Shown here: in pieces, positions 1 to 14,400 of the stretch | Numbering within the stretch: the stretch's first letter is position 1 | Layout of the letters: each line of letters starts with the position of its first letter | Assembly: GCF_024521635.1 (NCBI RefSeq) | Contig: NW_026250424.1 | Coordinates: 310,001 to 374,000 of the forward strand | Reading direction: 5' to 3' | From: Tricharina praecox | Taxonomy: Eukaryota | Length of the DNA stretch: 64,000 nt | The notes under the pieces: generated by a model | Seen by the model: the letters and a program-made list of their open reading frames with translations, nothing else | Told to the model about the DNA's origin: nothing | Database searches by the model: none | Translations under genes and position numbers: made by a program

Positions 1-36
1 ATCCACTCCAAATTATGCCTCACTAACACCCCGTAG

Positions 37-514
37 CTACCGCAAACCCGAAATTGCCGATCCCACAGTCGGCAAGCAGCTCTGGGAACTAACCGAGAAG
101 CTTATCGAAGGGCTCGAGAAAGAATCCGCCAAGAAACGCGCGGCGGCAAAGAAAGCTTCCGGCTCCGTTGAGGAAATCGTCGACGAGGCGGAACAGGATA
201 AGGAGCTGAAGGAGAAGCTGCGGAAGCGAGCCGCCGAGCAGGCGCGCAAGAAGAAGCTGCTGGACGATCTCATCAAGGAGGAGGAGGCGAAGGGTGCGAT
301 GTTGGATTTGCCGCCAAAGGTCGTGCCAAAAGCGGCGCCGAGCCCCACACCTGCCCCGGAACTCACGGTACCTGATACCCCCGCGAGGAACACTAGGAGT
401 AGGAGCAAGACTCCGGCTATAGCCGCCCGCGAGGAGGAGACAAGTCCGATTAGACGCCCGGAGACGTCCGGGACGGCGAAGAGCGCGGCGAAGAGGCGGA
501 CGAGGAAGGCGTAG
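37..514 (+). CDS. 3' terminal exon of a gene entering from the left; probably a short-chain dehydrogenase/reductase-like (PBR1/YNL181W-type) protein with a charged tail
   Basis: Branch CTAAC 23-27 and acceptor TAG 34-36, then open frame YRKPEIADPTVGKQLWELTEKLIEGLEKESAKKR... to TAG at 512-514. 'D...A/GKQLWE.SE..I' resembles the C-terminal helix of retinol-dehydrogenase-like SDRs. The family call is from recall. Confidence 0.5.
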
Positions 515-1035
515 ATGTGGTGTTTCTCTCTGGTTTCTTCTCCCTAGATAGCTGGCTGGGTAGATGGATGAGGGTGCATGGGATGGCGTACATATTTTTG
601 GGTTGGGTGTGCTTGTTTGCTTGCAATATATTATTATGATAGACTACATGTACGCATCCTGACGAATAGATGACTTGCATGAGCTCCAGAATTGAGGCAG
701 ATGAGACAGGGTAATGATCCCATCACGTCACGGCCGGCTTATTTTTGAGCCCCATTTTGCGTTACCCCACATGTTCATAATGGGGGGATGAGAGCGCGTG
801 TGCTTGCTATCTACTCGTGCATAAACGAGGGACCCTGCCGGCCTTGTGTGTGGTTGCTTACTGGCCCACTGAAGACCGTCCTCGCTCTCTCCATCTTCAC
901 CTCCTCACTGTCTCTCACTCAATTAACTATTGTTTCGTATCCTTTTATCCCTCCTTCAAGCCCTGTTTGATACCCCGGCGCAGTACAAGTTCCCTCAGCT
1001 TGTACCATTTAGATACACCCTTTCAAATGTTAACA

Positions 1036-2660
1036 ATGGATCCTCCCGACGATGCGGACTGGTCCTGCATCTTTGTTCACGCGGGAGCTGGATATCACTC
1101 GCAATCGAATGAGCCACAACATCTCCAAGCGTGTGCATTGTAAGATGCTGCATTCCCTTTGTGCTTGCGGGGGATGAGTGAATGGCTGACAGTCATCTCC
1201 GCAGGGCCTGCAAAGCAGCCATGGCACTCCTTCGAAACGGTGGCTCCGCCGTAGACGGCGTCGAGATGGCTCTTCGAAGCATGGAGGACAACGAGATTAC
1301 CAACGCGGGCTTCGGCAGCAACCTCTCCCTGGACGGAACGGTTGAGTGCGACGCCTCGATCATGGAGGAGAGTGGACGGTCCGGTGCTGTCGGAGCGGTG
1401 GATAGTGGGTCCCCCCCCTCCCCCCCCCCCCCCCCCCCACACACACACGCACACACACACATCACACATCACACGCGTACTGGTACGGGATGGTTGATTG
1501 ATTCCGCGTGTACCCGCCCGCAGGCTTCAAGAATCCGTCGGCGATGGCCCGTCTGATTCTCGACAACAGCCGCCGTCCCATGTCGCTGAAGCGGGTTCCT
1601 CCCATTCTCCTCGCCGGCCCGGGCGCAAAGCTCTACGCCAGCCAGTTCCACTTCCCAATCATTCCCAACGACGAGCTGGTAAGCCACAGCGCACATCAGC
1701 GCTGGCTGAAGTGGAAGCGCGAGCTCGACGGCCCCCGTGGCGCTGGATCTTCCAACTCTCGCTCCCGCAGATCGAGGTCTAGATCCAGGGGTCACACGAG
1801 GAGAGACTCCACGGATACTCAGCGCTCCTCGGTGTCGAATGCTACCGCTAAGGCAGAGGTTAGGGAGGCGGATGCCGTGCCTGAGGATGCGGATGCCGTG
1901 CACGAGGATGCGGATGCCGTGCCCGAGGATGAGGACTTGGTTACGGATACGGTAGGCGCGATCTGTGTTGACCGCTGGGGGAGGGTCGCTGCCGGGAGTA
2001 GTTCTGGGGGGATTGGGATGAAGTTCCGAGGGAGGGTCGGGCCAGCGGCGTTGATTGGTGTAGGTACTTGGATCAGGTCCGACAACGATGGGACGGTGGT
2101 AGCTACTACTTGCTCCGGTATAAATATATCTTCATGGGGTTCCTTTCTTCGCTAATAATTGGGGCCACTGCAGGTACTGGAGAGCAAATGGCGCACACGA
2201 TGATCGCCTCGAAAGCCGTGGAGCGCATGTTCGAGTCCGATGATGAATTCAACGGCCTCAAGATCGCAATTGAGCACGACTTCATGGGTTCGCCCTCTCA
2301 TCGTCCTATTTCTTCACCCAATCCCGCTAATGATGCTCCATGTTAGGCTCCAATGTCGTTCAGGAATCCAATATGTCATCTGCTGTTGGAATAATGGCCA
2401 TAAAATTCGACAAGGTGGCCCAGAACAGACGTATTCACTTCACCTACGGGCACACCACGGACAGCATGGTACCTCACTCCAAGCTACCAGATATTTCGTC
2501 CCACTAATAATCGGGTGATCGTGGTGCGCAGGCATTGGCATATCAAAGTGTCGCGATGAGGGATGCGGACAGCATCATGTCACGCAACAAGCGGAATCCC
2601 AAGGCCTGCATGGGTGGAGTGTTGGTCCCCATTCTACCGACTCAGATAACCACAGGATGA
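1036..2660 (+). CDS. Threonine aspartase (taspase-1-like), asparaginase-2 / Ntn-hydrolase family; 6 exons
   Basis: Motifs IFVHAGAGYH, TNAGFGSNLSLDGTVECDASIM, autocleavage site D|TVGAICVD, AAGSSSGG, GRVGPAA and SGTGE. GT-AG introns at ~1140-1204, 1405-1523, 2118-2173, 2288-2346 and 2469-2531 restore the frame. Stop TGA 2658-2660. Confidence 0.9.
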
Positions 2661-3071
2661 GAAGATGCAGGCTCTTCCCTCCCCTCTATTGATTATCCAA
2701 ACAGGCATGCCACGCCAACAGGTGAATTTCTCCTCCCCTCCCACTGCAAGATTGTTGCTAATGATAACGACAAGATGGCTAATGACCGAGTAAGGCTAGA
2801 CCTTCGTCTGTTAAGTTTGGCATTCGAAGGGTTGTTTGCTCTTGTGGTAAGTTTTTGCTTTTGGATGGTTGGTTTCCGCCTTGTAAATCAAGTGTGGCAG
2901 CGCGCAGGCAGGAGAGGAAGTGATGGAATTGTTGAGGCCTCTCTTCCCTTCGCAATGAGCTGTGATGGACTGGTTTATGTACATCATGGACAATGGAGCA
3001 GTGATCAAGTACGGACGTCAAGCGCAATCATTTATTCCCAGCTTGTCCAATATATAAAAAGTGCATAGATA

Positions 3072-5553
3072 TCAATTGACCCCCATCAAAGCCTTCAACG
3101 TCTCGACGCCCAATCCAAGCACTTCCGGCTGTCTAGTACTCTTGAGCGCCTCCCTCAGCACCTCCACGCCGCCCTCCTTCTTCACCTCATCTACATACGC
3201 CCCAGGTCCACAGACCAGATTTTTCAGCACCACAACCCCCCGATGCCTCATCTCCTCGCCCTCCTCACTCACCATCCCCAGCACGATCTTCACACCCCTC
3301 TCCCTCTTCACCACCGCTTCACAGGCCTTGTCCCACTCCGTCAGCATAGCCAGCGCACCGCCGGCGGCTCTCCTCGTCGCCAGATCCTGCGCATCCGCGA
3401 GCGCAAGGAGGATATGCAGTCTATTACTAGCGGCGGCCGAGCCATCGGCAAACTTCGCCACCGCCGTGGGCGACGCCATGAGGTTGCAGATCAGCTCGAC
3501 CGTGGCGCGCTGGATCATGACGTTATCGTTCAGCAGCAGCTCCTCGATCTTGGTCCATGCCAGGCGGATGATATGGTCTCGTGTGGTGTCCTCGGTTGAC
3601 GCTAGGTTGGTGAGTGCCAGGAGCGCCTCGAACAAAGGCATTAGGTCCTTGTGCTCCTCGCTGTCCTCGAGGAGATGGTACAGTGGGCGGATGGCGGAGG
3701 AGATGGCGAGCTGCGAGGAGAAGACGTGCGAGGGGTTGACGGAGACGAGGATTCGTGCGAGGGCGTGCGCCGAGGTGCGGCGGATTGCGGATTGCTGCGC
3801 GGCGTCGCTGCCGTTGGAGGTGGTGGAGGAGTAGAATTTGAGGGAGAGCTTGACGCCGCCTTGGGATGCGATGAGGCCGCGGTGCTTTTGGTGCTTGGAT
3901 AGCGAGAGGAGGATGTGCGAGATTATGCCGATGGCATTGGGCGTAAGCTTTTTGCTACAAGCTACGAGGGCGGGGATGATGTCGGCGTCGAGGAGGGTTT
4001 TACAGCGCGGGGTTACTCGCTCGTCTTTGTCTTCGGGATCCAGGCCGACTTTGGCGTGCGGTTTGGTCTCGGCGTAATTCTTGAGTTGAGCTACTTTTTG
4101 CTGCTCTTCGGAGAGGGTAGGTGCGTATGCCGTGAGGTTGTTGACCACCGTCAGGGCGCCAAACATCACCGTTGGTTTTCCGGACGAGGACTGGAGGGTT
4201 TCGACCAAGCTGGTGACGAACTTCTTGTCGCGGATCAACATCTCCTTCACCGAACCCTTCAACGAAGTATACGCCAGTCCCTCCACCGACGAATCTCGCA
4301 CCTCCGCGTCGGATGTCAACATCATCCCCTTAAACACACTCGCAAGCTTGTCCATATCCTTCTGCTTGACATCTTTCCCTTCTCCGGGAGTGTATTTGAC
4401 TTTCGCCAGGACCACGGCAGCTGTGGACTTCCCCTGATCACCACTCTTCACCAGGGCCTCCAGGTACTCAGTACAATGCGTGGCGATATAAGTCCGACAA
4501 GTCTTATCCACGCATGCAGCACTAAGCATATCCAGTGCTGCAGCCTCAACATCTTCCGGCCGCGCCTGCAAACTTGGTACAATCCCCTCGACAAACCCCT
4601 CAGTCAAAAACAACGTCGCTGCAAACTGTGGCACAAGCGGAAATATCGCGGCGGCGACCGAATACGCCAGTCTCAGGTCCTCATCCTCATCCGCCGCTAG
4701 ACGAAACGCAACAAACTTGCCGATCATACTCTGTCCGACATCACCGGCGGCGTCCGCGAATTTGGCGACCCCAAGAGTGGCGTGAGATCGTAGTTCAGGT
4801 GGTGAAGTGGCATCGAGGAGGTTTAGTAACTGCTCGAGTCCGGATTGTGAAACAAAGGGGTGTAGCTCCTCCGCTTTACTCGCCAGTAGCCGTGCAACGG
4901 AGCGCGCAACACATAGTCGACGGTCCGACGTCGTTCCGGCAAGTCGTGATAGGAGCCATTTGAAGCATTCGCGGAGGCAGTTCGAGTGGGTACTGCTGTC
5001 TTTCTCCCACGCACTACCATCCAGCAGAACCGCAACCACACCGTCAATCGCCTCTTCCCCCAGGGTATCAAACACCTTCATCACATCCTCAATCCCACCA
5101 CACAGTTTCAACGCAACGTGCTCCCGTGCACCTCGTGAGACTCGTAGAAGTTCCCCCAGTAGCTTTCCGGCTAGCGGCGCGGTGGGGGTGGACATAAGCA
5201 GCTCTAGACATTCTACCGTTGTGTCGTTACGTAGCGAGGCAGCGTTCGGATCGCGGAGTAATCGGAGCGCCTCGTGGCCCGCCGGTTCATCAGAGTTGAT
5301 CACGCATTTGTGGATAAGCTTTGATGTCGGTGGAGTGTTGGCATCTTCTTGGAGGACGGCGAAGGTCGAGAGGACGATTGGGTTCTGGGGGGATAGGCTC
5401 AGAGCTTCGCGCAGGAGGCGGACCGCATCCTACACCAGTGAGTGGATGAAGGGAAACCGGAGGAAATGGGAGTGGTACCTCTCGTCGGTTGGCCTGGAAA
5501 TGCTCGAGTGATGTTGTGGCTAGTGATGCAGCACGAGTGTCTTCGGGAGTCAT
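3072..5553 (-). CDS. SHE4: UCS-domain myosin chaperone (She4/Rng3/Cro1 family)
   Basis: Long ARM-like ORF with UCS motifs EGLAYTSL, HALARILVSVNP, FEALLALTNLAS and RAAGGALAMLT. Short first exon MTPEDTRAA... with intron ~5430-5478. Confidence 0.9.
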
Positions 5554-5806
5554 TTGGGGTGAAATTGAGGGCGGGAGTGGTGGGGTGAGGTAGGGTGCTG
5601 GGGCTCAACAGCTGGCTGGGAAGGGATTCGCATGAACTGCTAGTTAGTACCAGTAGGGTACTATGTAACATGTGAGTAGGTAGCAGAGAGCTCCAGCCAT
5701 TTGGAGACTCGAGAGCTCGTTCATTCGTCTCAAGTTCTCTCCTCCTCCACTACTACCACCACCACCGATTCCTCCTCCTCCCCTCCAAACCCAACCGCAG
5801 AGCGAC

Positions 5807-7145
5807 ATGGAGACCGTCGATGCCAGTGCCCATTACCAAGGCGTTATCGGTATTCTTGACCCCCTTTGACTACCATCCCGGCCCCACTGATAATTCCTCC
5901 GCGTACCAGAGGACAAACCCTCCATCCTCGTCGTAATTCTCGACACGAACCCTTTCGCCTGGGCAACACTACACGATGAACTACCACTCCAGACCGCACT
6001 ATCGCACATCCTCCTCCTCCTAAACGCGCACCTCAGCTTCTCACACGGAAACCAAGTAGCCGTAATCGCCTCGCACACCAAAACCGCGTCCTTCCTCTAC
6101 CCGGTACCTCCCTCCAGCACGCCAACGTCCACCCCCAGCCTACCCGCCGCCGACCCACTACGCGATGCGAACAAATACCGTCTCTTCGCGCAAATCGAGC
6201 ACACCGTACAAACCTCCCTGCGGACGCTCCTTTCCTCAACCGCAGCCACAACCCTCGAGGGCACCAGTGAAACAATGATGTCCGGCGCGCTGTCGCTCGC
6301 GCTAGCTTACATCCACCGGAGCACAACCGACCTCTCGCCCACCACCGGCGCTACTACTACCGCGTCGGCTCCGCGAGCGGGGGATGTGGGATCTGCAGGA
6401 CCGTCGATGACCGCTAGGATGCTCGTCGTCTCCGTCTCCGGTGACCTGGCGAACCAATATGTCTCAGTGATGAACAGCATCTTTGCCGCCCAACGGCTAC
6501 GGGTGCCGATCGATATCTGTAAGATCGCCGGAGACACGGTATTTCTTCAGCAGGCGTCGGATTCGACCGGTGGGATTTATATGCAATTGCAGCATCCTAG
6601 GTCGTTGCTGCAATACCTTTTGGTGGGCAGCCCAAACTTCTCCATGTTGCTTCCGGAAACTGACGAGTGCGAGTAGTCCTGCTTCATCTCAGATCCAGCG
6701 ACCCGCCGCCATCTGATCCCCCCAAGCCAGATCAACGTCGACTTCCGCGCCGCATGTTTTTGCCACAAGCGAGTGGTAGATATCGGATTCGTGTGCTCGA
6801 TATGCCTGTCTAGTTGGTCCCCCCTACGTCCCCTCCCCGGTTCCGTGATATCACGCCCAGTCAATTTAGTGAGATGAAACAACGGTTACGCCCACACAAC
6901 TCGAATGATCCTACCTACACGACATCCAGGACTGCATTGCCTTGGTTATAGCTTGAGTCACTGACGGCAAAGCAGTATTTTGCTCTCCCCCGAAGGGTGC
7001 GATATGCACTACGTGTAGCAATAAGCTAGATGTTACTGCGCTGGGCAATTACGGGGGTAAACCGGCGGTGGTGCTCATGAAGAAAAAGAAGATTAAGAAG
7101 GGGAAGAAAGGTTTGAGTGAGGGCGGCTCGCCGGTTTGTGCTTAG
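5807..7145 (+). CDS. TFB4: TFIIH core subunit Tfb4/p34
   Basis: VILDTNPFAW, MNSIFAAQR, FLQQASDSTGG, VDFRAACFCH, GFVCSICLSIFC and the C-terminal CTTC zinc finger. Three introns (~5850-5909, 6623-6676, 6813-6975). Confidence 0.95.
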
Positions 7146-7504
7146 CCTGGAAGTCCATGGATAGAGGACTTGCAGTCTATGCTGCGAAGTATGGGTCATA
7201 TGTGACCGTCTTTTGGGCCTCGAGATGGCCATTCAAATCATTGTTCACGGTACCTCACTCGCTACGCTACCAGTTGATGCAGTACATCAAGGAGCTAGAA
7301 TACAATGTCGCGGGGCCTGGTCAACATAGACGTGTGGTAGAGTAGCTTAATCAGTACGGGAAAAAATGTCGTATGGCAAGAGCAGCAATCCATCATTGCA
7401 CTCAACCTCTCCCTCGCGGTGGAATCAATCACATCCCATTGTAGAAAGCATCCATCGCCCAAACAGAGCAACAACCGAGTCTAATAGCTCCACTATCCAC
7501 CCTT

Positions 7505-8078
7505 CTACCAGTTCATCCGACACTTCGTCTCGAGCTCGGTATGGAAGTCTGGCAGTTCGTAGACGTTGTCGTTGCCTACCCAAACCCCAACGTTAGCACG
7601 GCCTCCATCATCCCACCCACTCCCCCGCGGACATCGCAGCCCATCTCCCCGTAGCACTGACCAGAGTAGATATCCTCCCAAGTAATATCGCAATCCCTAT
7701 TCTCGAGGATATCCCTGTGGAGGTTGCTTGGGCCACCGAGCTGGGCGGGCTTGTAGTCGTTGCAGAAGCTGATCTCCATGCCTCTCCGGATGGGCTCCGC
7801 GGCGCCGTAGAGACGGCGCAGCCCCTCCATCTTCAGCGACATCTGTGTGGCGTCCCAATTCTTGAGGCGCGCTTCGAGCGGGTGCCGGTTGTTGAGGTCC
7901 GCCGCTATGCGGTGCGGGCCCTGCGTGCGCAGACTGTCGCGGACCGAGGGTGCGCTGGGCGCGGCGGTGCCGTCGGCAATGGTGCTGACCTTGGAGGCGT
8001 GCGGGGCGGCGGGAATGATGCGGAGGGACTATGCTGGTTAGCTGGAGAGTGGGCGGGGGCGGGAGGTGGAGATACCAT
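7505..8078 (-). CDS. UMP1: Proteasome maturation factor Ump1
   Basis: HPLEARLKNW, LRRLYGAAEPIRRGME and LHRDILENRDCDITWEDIY. First coding exon is the ATG alone (8076-8078). Last exon ends DFHTELETKCRMNW*. Confidence 0.93.
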
Positions 8079-8446
8079 GGCGGCGGTGGTTGATGGGGGT
8101 GATGGGGGTGATGGATTTTTGGTGGTCGTGGTGGTGGTTTGGAGGTGTTGATGGAGACGGGCAAGCAAGCCAAAGCTTAAGGTTGAAGGTGTGCGGGTTG
8201 TGTCACTAGTGAGTAGTCACGTGCGTGGAACGAGGGAGATTACATGGAGAGCAGTTTTGTTCTGCTCACTAGTATTTACCGTCTATCATACAGCTCCATA
8301 CAGCCCGAATCCATCAGCAGCAGCAAAACCACTACATACACCAACCAGAACGAAGAAAACATAACAGAAAGAAAATCTCCCCACACCAATCATGCCTACA
8401 TAATAAGATGCATCCCAAAATCATTCGTTGCATTGCCCCAAATCCA

Positions 8447-11400
8447 CTACTCATCCATCGCCTCGTCCTCCTCTTCATCCTCGTCCATACCCTCAGCCAC
8501 ATCCACCTCGAACTTTTGCTCTTGATCGACACCAACATAGCTGTCGCTCATCAAGGACAGCGTCAACTTCTTCTTGCCAGGCGTGGGCACAGTGTACTCC
8601 AAGCGAACCTCGAGGCGTCTCTGGATAGTAACCTTCTTGATGGCGAGCAGACTCTTCGTCTCCTCCTCGCCAACGACGAGCCACCAAGTCTCCATCTTTG
8701 TGCCAGGATAGAAGGGCGCATGAACGGTTGTATCCACCTCTTGGTCCTCTTCGACGTCTCGCTCGATCTTGACCTTGATGTAACTAGAGGCGCCGGCAGT
8801 GACTTCCTCGTCCTCGAGCTCGTGCTCCATCTCGATGTTGGGGTACTTGTTGTTGGTGAAGTTGGCAATGTCAGCGAGTTGGCGCTGGTTAAGGTTGAGA
8901 GCCTTAAGAAGGTTGTCGCGGGTGTCTTCCTCCGCCATGGCGTCCATGAACTCAAGGATATCATTGACACTATATTCACAACCTTATTAGTTTCTTGCAT
9001 CGTCACGATAGGAGACATATTGGAAGTGACATACCCTGCATCATTGGCCGCTTTGACGACGTCGGGACCGAAGTACGGAATCTGCTTGAGAGGACTGTCC
9101 CGGTCCCACATAGCCTGAACAATCATCTGGCTCAACTCCATGGCATTGATGGCGTTCAAGTGACCCTCAGAACTCAACACATCCACACAACCACTCAGTA
9201 AGTTCAGGATCCGGCCGATAACCATCTCCTGATCCTTTGCGAGATCCGCTGGCAACTGCATCCTCGAGAAGTGTGCTTGCACCAACACGAAAGCCTTGAA
9301 GTGTGGGCTCTCGTAGTTAGGCTCCGCCATCTTGACTGGCACATTGTCGTAGATACGCTGTAGGATACGATCCTCGTGTCTCCGAACCGGGATGAGCTCA
9401 AACTCTGTGGCGGAAGTGACGATCTCAAGAAGACCCTTGAGTTTCGTGCGGCCAGTCAGAGACAACAAGAACGTCTGCATGGTGATGAAGGAGATATTGT
9501 AGTAGGCAGCAATTGTGGCTGGGTTGAGCGGCGCCACGGTATCGTCCTCCTCATCCATGTCCACTATCTTGGCTTCCGCGAGATCCCTCAACGTGTTCTC
9601 AACCATCTCCGAAAGATGCGCACTCAGTCCGTCGTGGGATGTGTCGGTCAAACTGTAGAAGCTGGGGTTGGCCAACAGTCGACGGTAGAAGTACGTGTAG
9701 GTTGACCAATCGACAGCGTCTTGAGTCGAGGCGATGGTTGTGGTGCTGATCTCGGTAACAAAAGCATCATGGAGGTACGCTGGCAGGTGACTCTCGATCG
9801 GAAGCGCTTCGTTCAGAAACTTGCGGTAGTAGTCCTTCTTAACTGCCGGTGTCATCAAAATCGCTTTACCGATTCTGTCCTCACCAGGTCGCGATGCCTT
9901 TCCAAACATCTTCAAGATTTCGCTGAGAGGGTAGTCGACGTAACGGTGCTCACGACCCTCAAAGAATGACGTGCCCATGACGATGACAAGATGGGCAGGC
10001 GTGTCCAGCTCCCAGCAAACATCCCTCGAGGCCAGTAAAACCTTGATAGCACCAGACGCAAACAATCCTTCAACAATCCGCTTGTCGGTCTTGCTCAGGG
10101 CTTCATGGTAGTATCCGATACCGTGAGACAAGCTTTCGGCCAAAGCCCTCTCCTGGATGCGGCTCAGATGTGGAGCAATATCCGAAATCGCCACATTTCT
10201 GAATCTGTCCTCCTGGTCATCCGCAACGCAGTATGAGTTGAGGTCCAGAGCTGTGGACCGGCATTGCTTTCGGCTTGGAAGGAAGACCAAGACGGGCTTG
10301 TCAGCTGGTGTGCCACAGATCGCAACGTATGCCGGTTTGGCCATGGCCATCATCAGCGACGGGAAGTGGGGGATGGTGAATGACTGGATGTGGATCTCCA
10401 GCGGGACCGGGCGAGACGCAGGTGAGAAGTTGAAGATAGTGTGTTTGTCGGCGCCAATCCATTCCCCCAGGTCCCGAGGGTTCGATAATGGAACACTGAG
10501 CGCTACAATCCGCAGAGCGTTCTCGGTCTGTACGGCCATGTAGTGCATCCTCGAGAGAATGATCTCGTAAATGTATCCGTTCTGACCGCCCAACATATGG
10601 ATATCGTCCGCGATGAAAAGTTCCACCGTCTGAACGTTCTTCCGCCGCTGCCACTGCCTAGAGAGAACATCCCATTGTGAAGGTGTGGCCATGATCAAAT
10701 CTCCGCGTTCTAGCAGCTTAAGGTCCGCACTCGTCTCGCCGGTCAACTTGGTGATTTCTTTACCTCCAGCCAACCGACCCAACCTCTCATTCCAATCCTC
10801 ATATCGCCGATCAACTAGCTCTTGGAAGGGTGCGATATACACAGCTCTTCCGGACTCTTCCTGAGACCAGTGGCGAAGCAATGCAAACTCTGCACACACC
10901 GTCTTTCCACTGCCCGAAGGCGCACCAATGAATACACTGTCGTCTGAATCGAACAGGCTCTTGAATACCTGAGTCTGAATCTTGTTGAAGTGGCTCCAGT
11001 CTGGGTACAGCTTGGCAAACTCCTTCTTTTTAAGGGCTTCCACAGGAAGTGGCACAAGGTCCAGCAACGTTGTGGGGGGGAGGAACTTCTCGGGCAGAAT
11101 CAACTTCTTGAACGAAACGGCTAACTTTGCCTCCGAATGCATCCACCGGTCGGAGACAACCGTGATGAAGTAGTTTGGTGGCATCGGCTCGGTCATAGGT
11201 ACGGTGAATTCAACCAGATGCTCGTTATTCTCCGAAGTGGCGTAATTCTTGCGGAGGACGAACAGATCGTGATACAGGATCTCTTCGCCATCACAGTCCT
11301 CGACTAGGATCCAGAATTGCTCGGCGGTGCCGTGGTACGCGTCGTCCCATATGAACTCGGGAGTGATGGTGAGCTCCACTCGTAGCATACTCCGAGTGAT

Positions 11401-14400
11401 CGGTTGGAATTGTGCTTGCACATTCAACCTAGGGAATCGTTCCACAAGGTTGTGAACGAGCTTTCCTGCACGGGCGTTGCCGTTGAAGAGTTCTGTCAAG
11501 TGAGGAATATCCATAGTGAAGTACTTGTTCCATGTAAACTCCGCCGCCTTCTCGGCCTTGGTGACAATTGGGTTGAGCTGGGTGGGGGCGACCGGGAACT
11601 GACGTAAAGGAGACATGGTACGCCACATGCGCTTTTCGGTCATTTTGCAGAGATCCAAGGCAGTCTTTGCAACTGACGCCCAGCCTCGCTTGAGGCAGAT
11701 TTCGAAGATCGCACGGAGGATACGACCGGCTGACTGGGTGATGTAGACCATATCGGCCACCATCGCCAAACCGTTCAGACCGAGTCGGGAGATGTAGGCT
11801 TGTAGGAGAACATTAACCTTGGCCTGTGGTTCCTCAATACCTTCCTTTACCGGCACCGGTACCTTCGCGAGCAGTTCGGCGAGCTCAAGTTTTTCCTCGG
11901 ACCGCACGGGAATGTACTTGAATTCCTCACTCAACGCAAAGACGCGGAAAAGCTCAATAGTCGACAGTTGTGGTTGAAGATGAGTGTAGTAAGTCAACAT
12001 GGAGCTGTGCGTAATGTAGTAGTGACTGGCTATCCGCCCGAGCTCCGTTGCCTGTAGTTTTCCGGTTTTGCGATCGTACTTGATGAGATTGCACTTTTCC
12101 AATATAGTAGCGGCGGAATGGGCGAGATCAACACGCATCTGTTCCAGGGACACATCGTCGGAGTAATCCGTGCCGACACCATAAAGCCCGGGCGAGCGAA
12201 GCATGCGGACATACAGATAGGAATAACCTAGCCAATCGACCGCGTCGTCCCTTGTCCGGACCGTTCCCAGGACAATCTCGGCATTAAGGTTGTCTGCCAT
12301 CTTGCGCATAAACTGTGATTCGATCGGCAGCTGTTGGTTGAGCAAACTTAGGTAATACTGCATCTCGGCCTGCGTCGTGATAATGATACCTTCTCCGTAT
12401 GTGTCGAATTGTGGCCTACCGGCACGACCAAGCATCTGCAGAACATCCTGAGGACTCAGCTCAACCCAACTACCCTTCTCGGGTGAGTAAATCTGAGTGC
12501 CCTTGATGATGACTGTGTGCGCAGGAAGATTGACTCCCCATGCCAAGGTTGCCGTGCAGATCAACACCTGAATCGCTTTGTCGCTGAACAAATCCTCCAC
12601 CGTAGCTCTGTCTGCCCTGCTCATACCAGCATGATGGATGGCAAATCCATATGGCAAAAGATCCTTGAGATTGCCATCAGCCACCTGGTCGGCTTCGTGC
12701 TGCAAAAGCTCTCTGGTACCCGCGTCACTCTTCAGGATTTGCTGGATCGTTTCCATCTCGACCGCCCGATCCCGGATAAACTTGGCGGTTTTGGCAGTTT
12801 CTTTTCGCGAATGAACGAAAATAAGCATTTGATTGGTGGCAGCTTGCTCAATGACCTTCGTATAGCAAACTTCGTTCATCGTCTGCATCTGCTTGATCGC
12901 CTTCTTATCCGTAACACCAATGAACTCCTGTCTGAGGGGACATGGTCGAAACGTAGCATCAAAGTGGAAAAGGCCCTTCAATGGATCCACCTGGAGGAAG
13001 CTGGCCACATCACGGTAGTTCGGGAGTGTTGCCGAGAGTCCTACCAGACGTACAGGTTCCAAAGTCGTCTCCATCTTCCGGATAGTCCTCGAAACGATGG
13101 ACTCGATAACAGGCCCACGCTCGTCGTGAAGAAGATGGATCTCGTCAATGATGATCAGCCTGACAAGGTTGGTGTAACTCAGGTCGGTAGCCTTCCGAGT
13201 GATGACATCCCATTTCTCAGGGGTGGTGACGATAATCTGCGTCTCGGCAATTTGCTGCTTCGTGAGCTGCCTATCACCAGTGAGCTCGGACACTGTGATG
13301 CCGTACGGCTTCAGCCTCGCCCCGAAATTGCCGACTTGCTCCTGGACCAAGGCCTTCAACGGTGCGATATAGACAATTTTGAAATCATCCAAGTGGATAA
13401 CACCGGTGACGGGATCCCTGTGCTTTCCGATTTCCCGCAGGATGGTCAACATGGAGACGTTAGTTTTTCCGGATCCGGTGGGCGCACAGACAAGCATGTT
13501 GCCATCGTCTTCAAATGCAGTGGGGAAACAACGTGTCTGAATCCTGTTGAGGGTGGGATTGCTCTTGAAAGGCCCTTGCGCCCACTCCGGCATTGAGGAC
13601 ACCTGCATCAACTTTGGTTCGTTAGGGTCATTCTTTCTCTTTGGTGCCGGAACGTGAATCTCTTCATATCCCTTGAACGTCCGCTTAGTTGAGCCTTGAG
13701 GGAGTTTGACGCTGGGATTGGTCATGAGATGGTTGCCTTGCTCAAAGACCAAGTTCTCCAGATCGATGGTCTTGCGAGGCTCCAACCCGCCAGTGAGACC
13801 TCCCTCCTTCTGGGCAGTCTTTTCGGGCGCCGAGGTGGGTACATCGATGTCCATCAGGTCCGCCTTGATCTTAGGCTTACGCCCAGGCGCTTCAGATGTT
13901 CCTCGCAGCTCCTCCAGAATACCGCCGTGGCCCTGTTGAACCATTTCCTTCTCTATAACCAGCTTATCCTCACCGTCTCCGGCTCGGGCAAGCTTGGTGC
14001 ACCACACTATCTTGGCTTGGTTCTTCATCAGAACCTTGACCATGTCGAAATGGTCATAATCGAAGAGCTCAATCAGATCGTTTTCAACCTGTCTGAGAGG
14101 CTTCTCGGACTCCGGCGCAGACAAAATATCAAAAGCGGATGCTGTCTTGATGGAGGCGAGATGAGGGTCTGGTTGTAATAAGGATATTTTTCGCTGTAGC
14201 CAAAAGGCATCGATATCGGTTGCGGGCACGATGTCCTTGTCCACCACCCGTTTCCGATCCTTATTTTTCCGACTGTCGCCACCGATCACCAGGCCATCCT
14301 CTTCGTCACCGTCTTCGCCATCGGCAGCTGCCTGTGCGGCTTTCTCACCCTCATCCTCGTCGGCTTCCGCGTCGTCATCGGTCTCGTCGTCCCGGACTTC

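Noticed and set aside
6813..6975. Unusually long TFB4 intron as a snoRNA host or stwintron
   Set aside because: No convincing C/D or H/ACA box pair and no nested splice sites found by eye.
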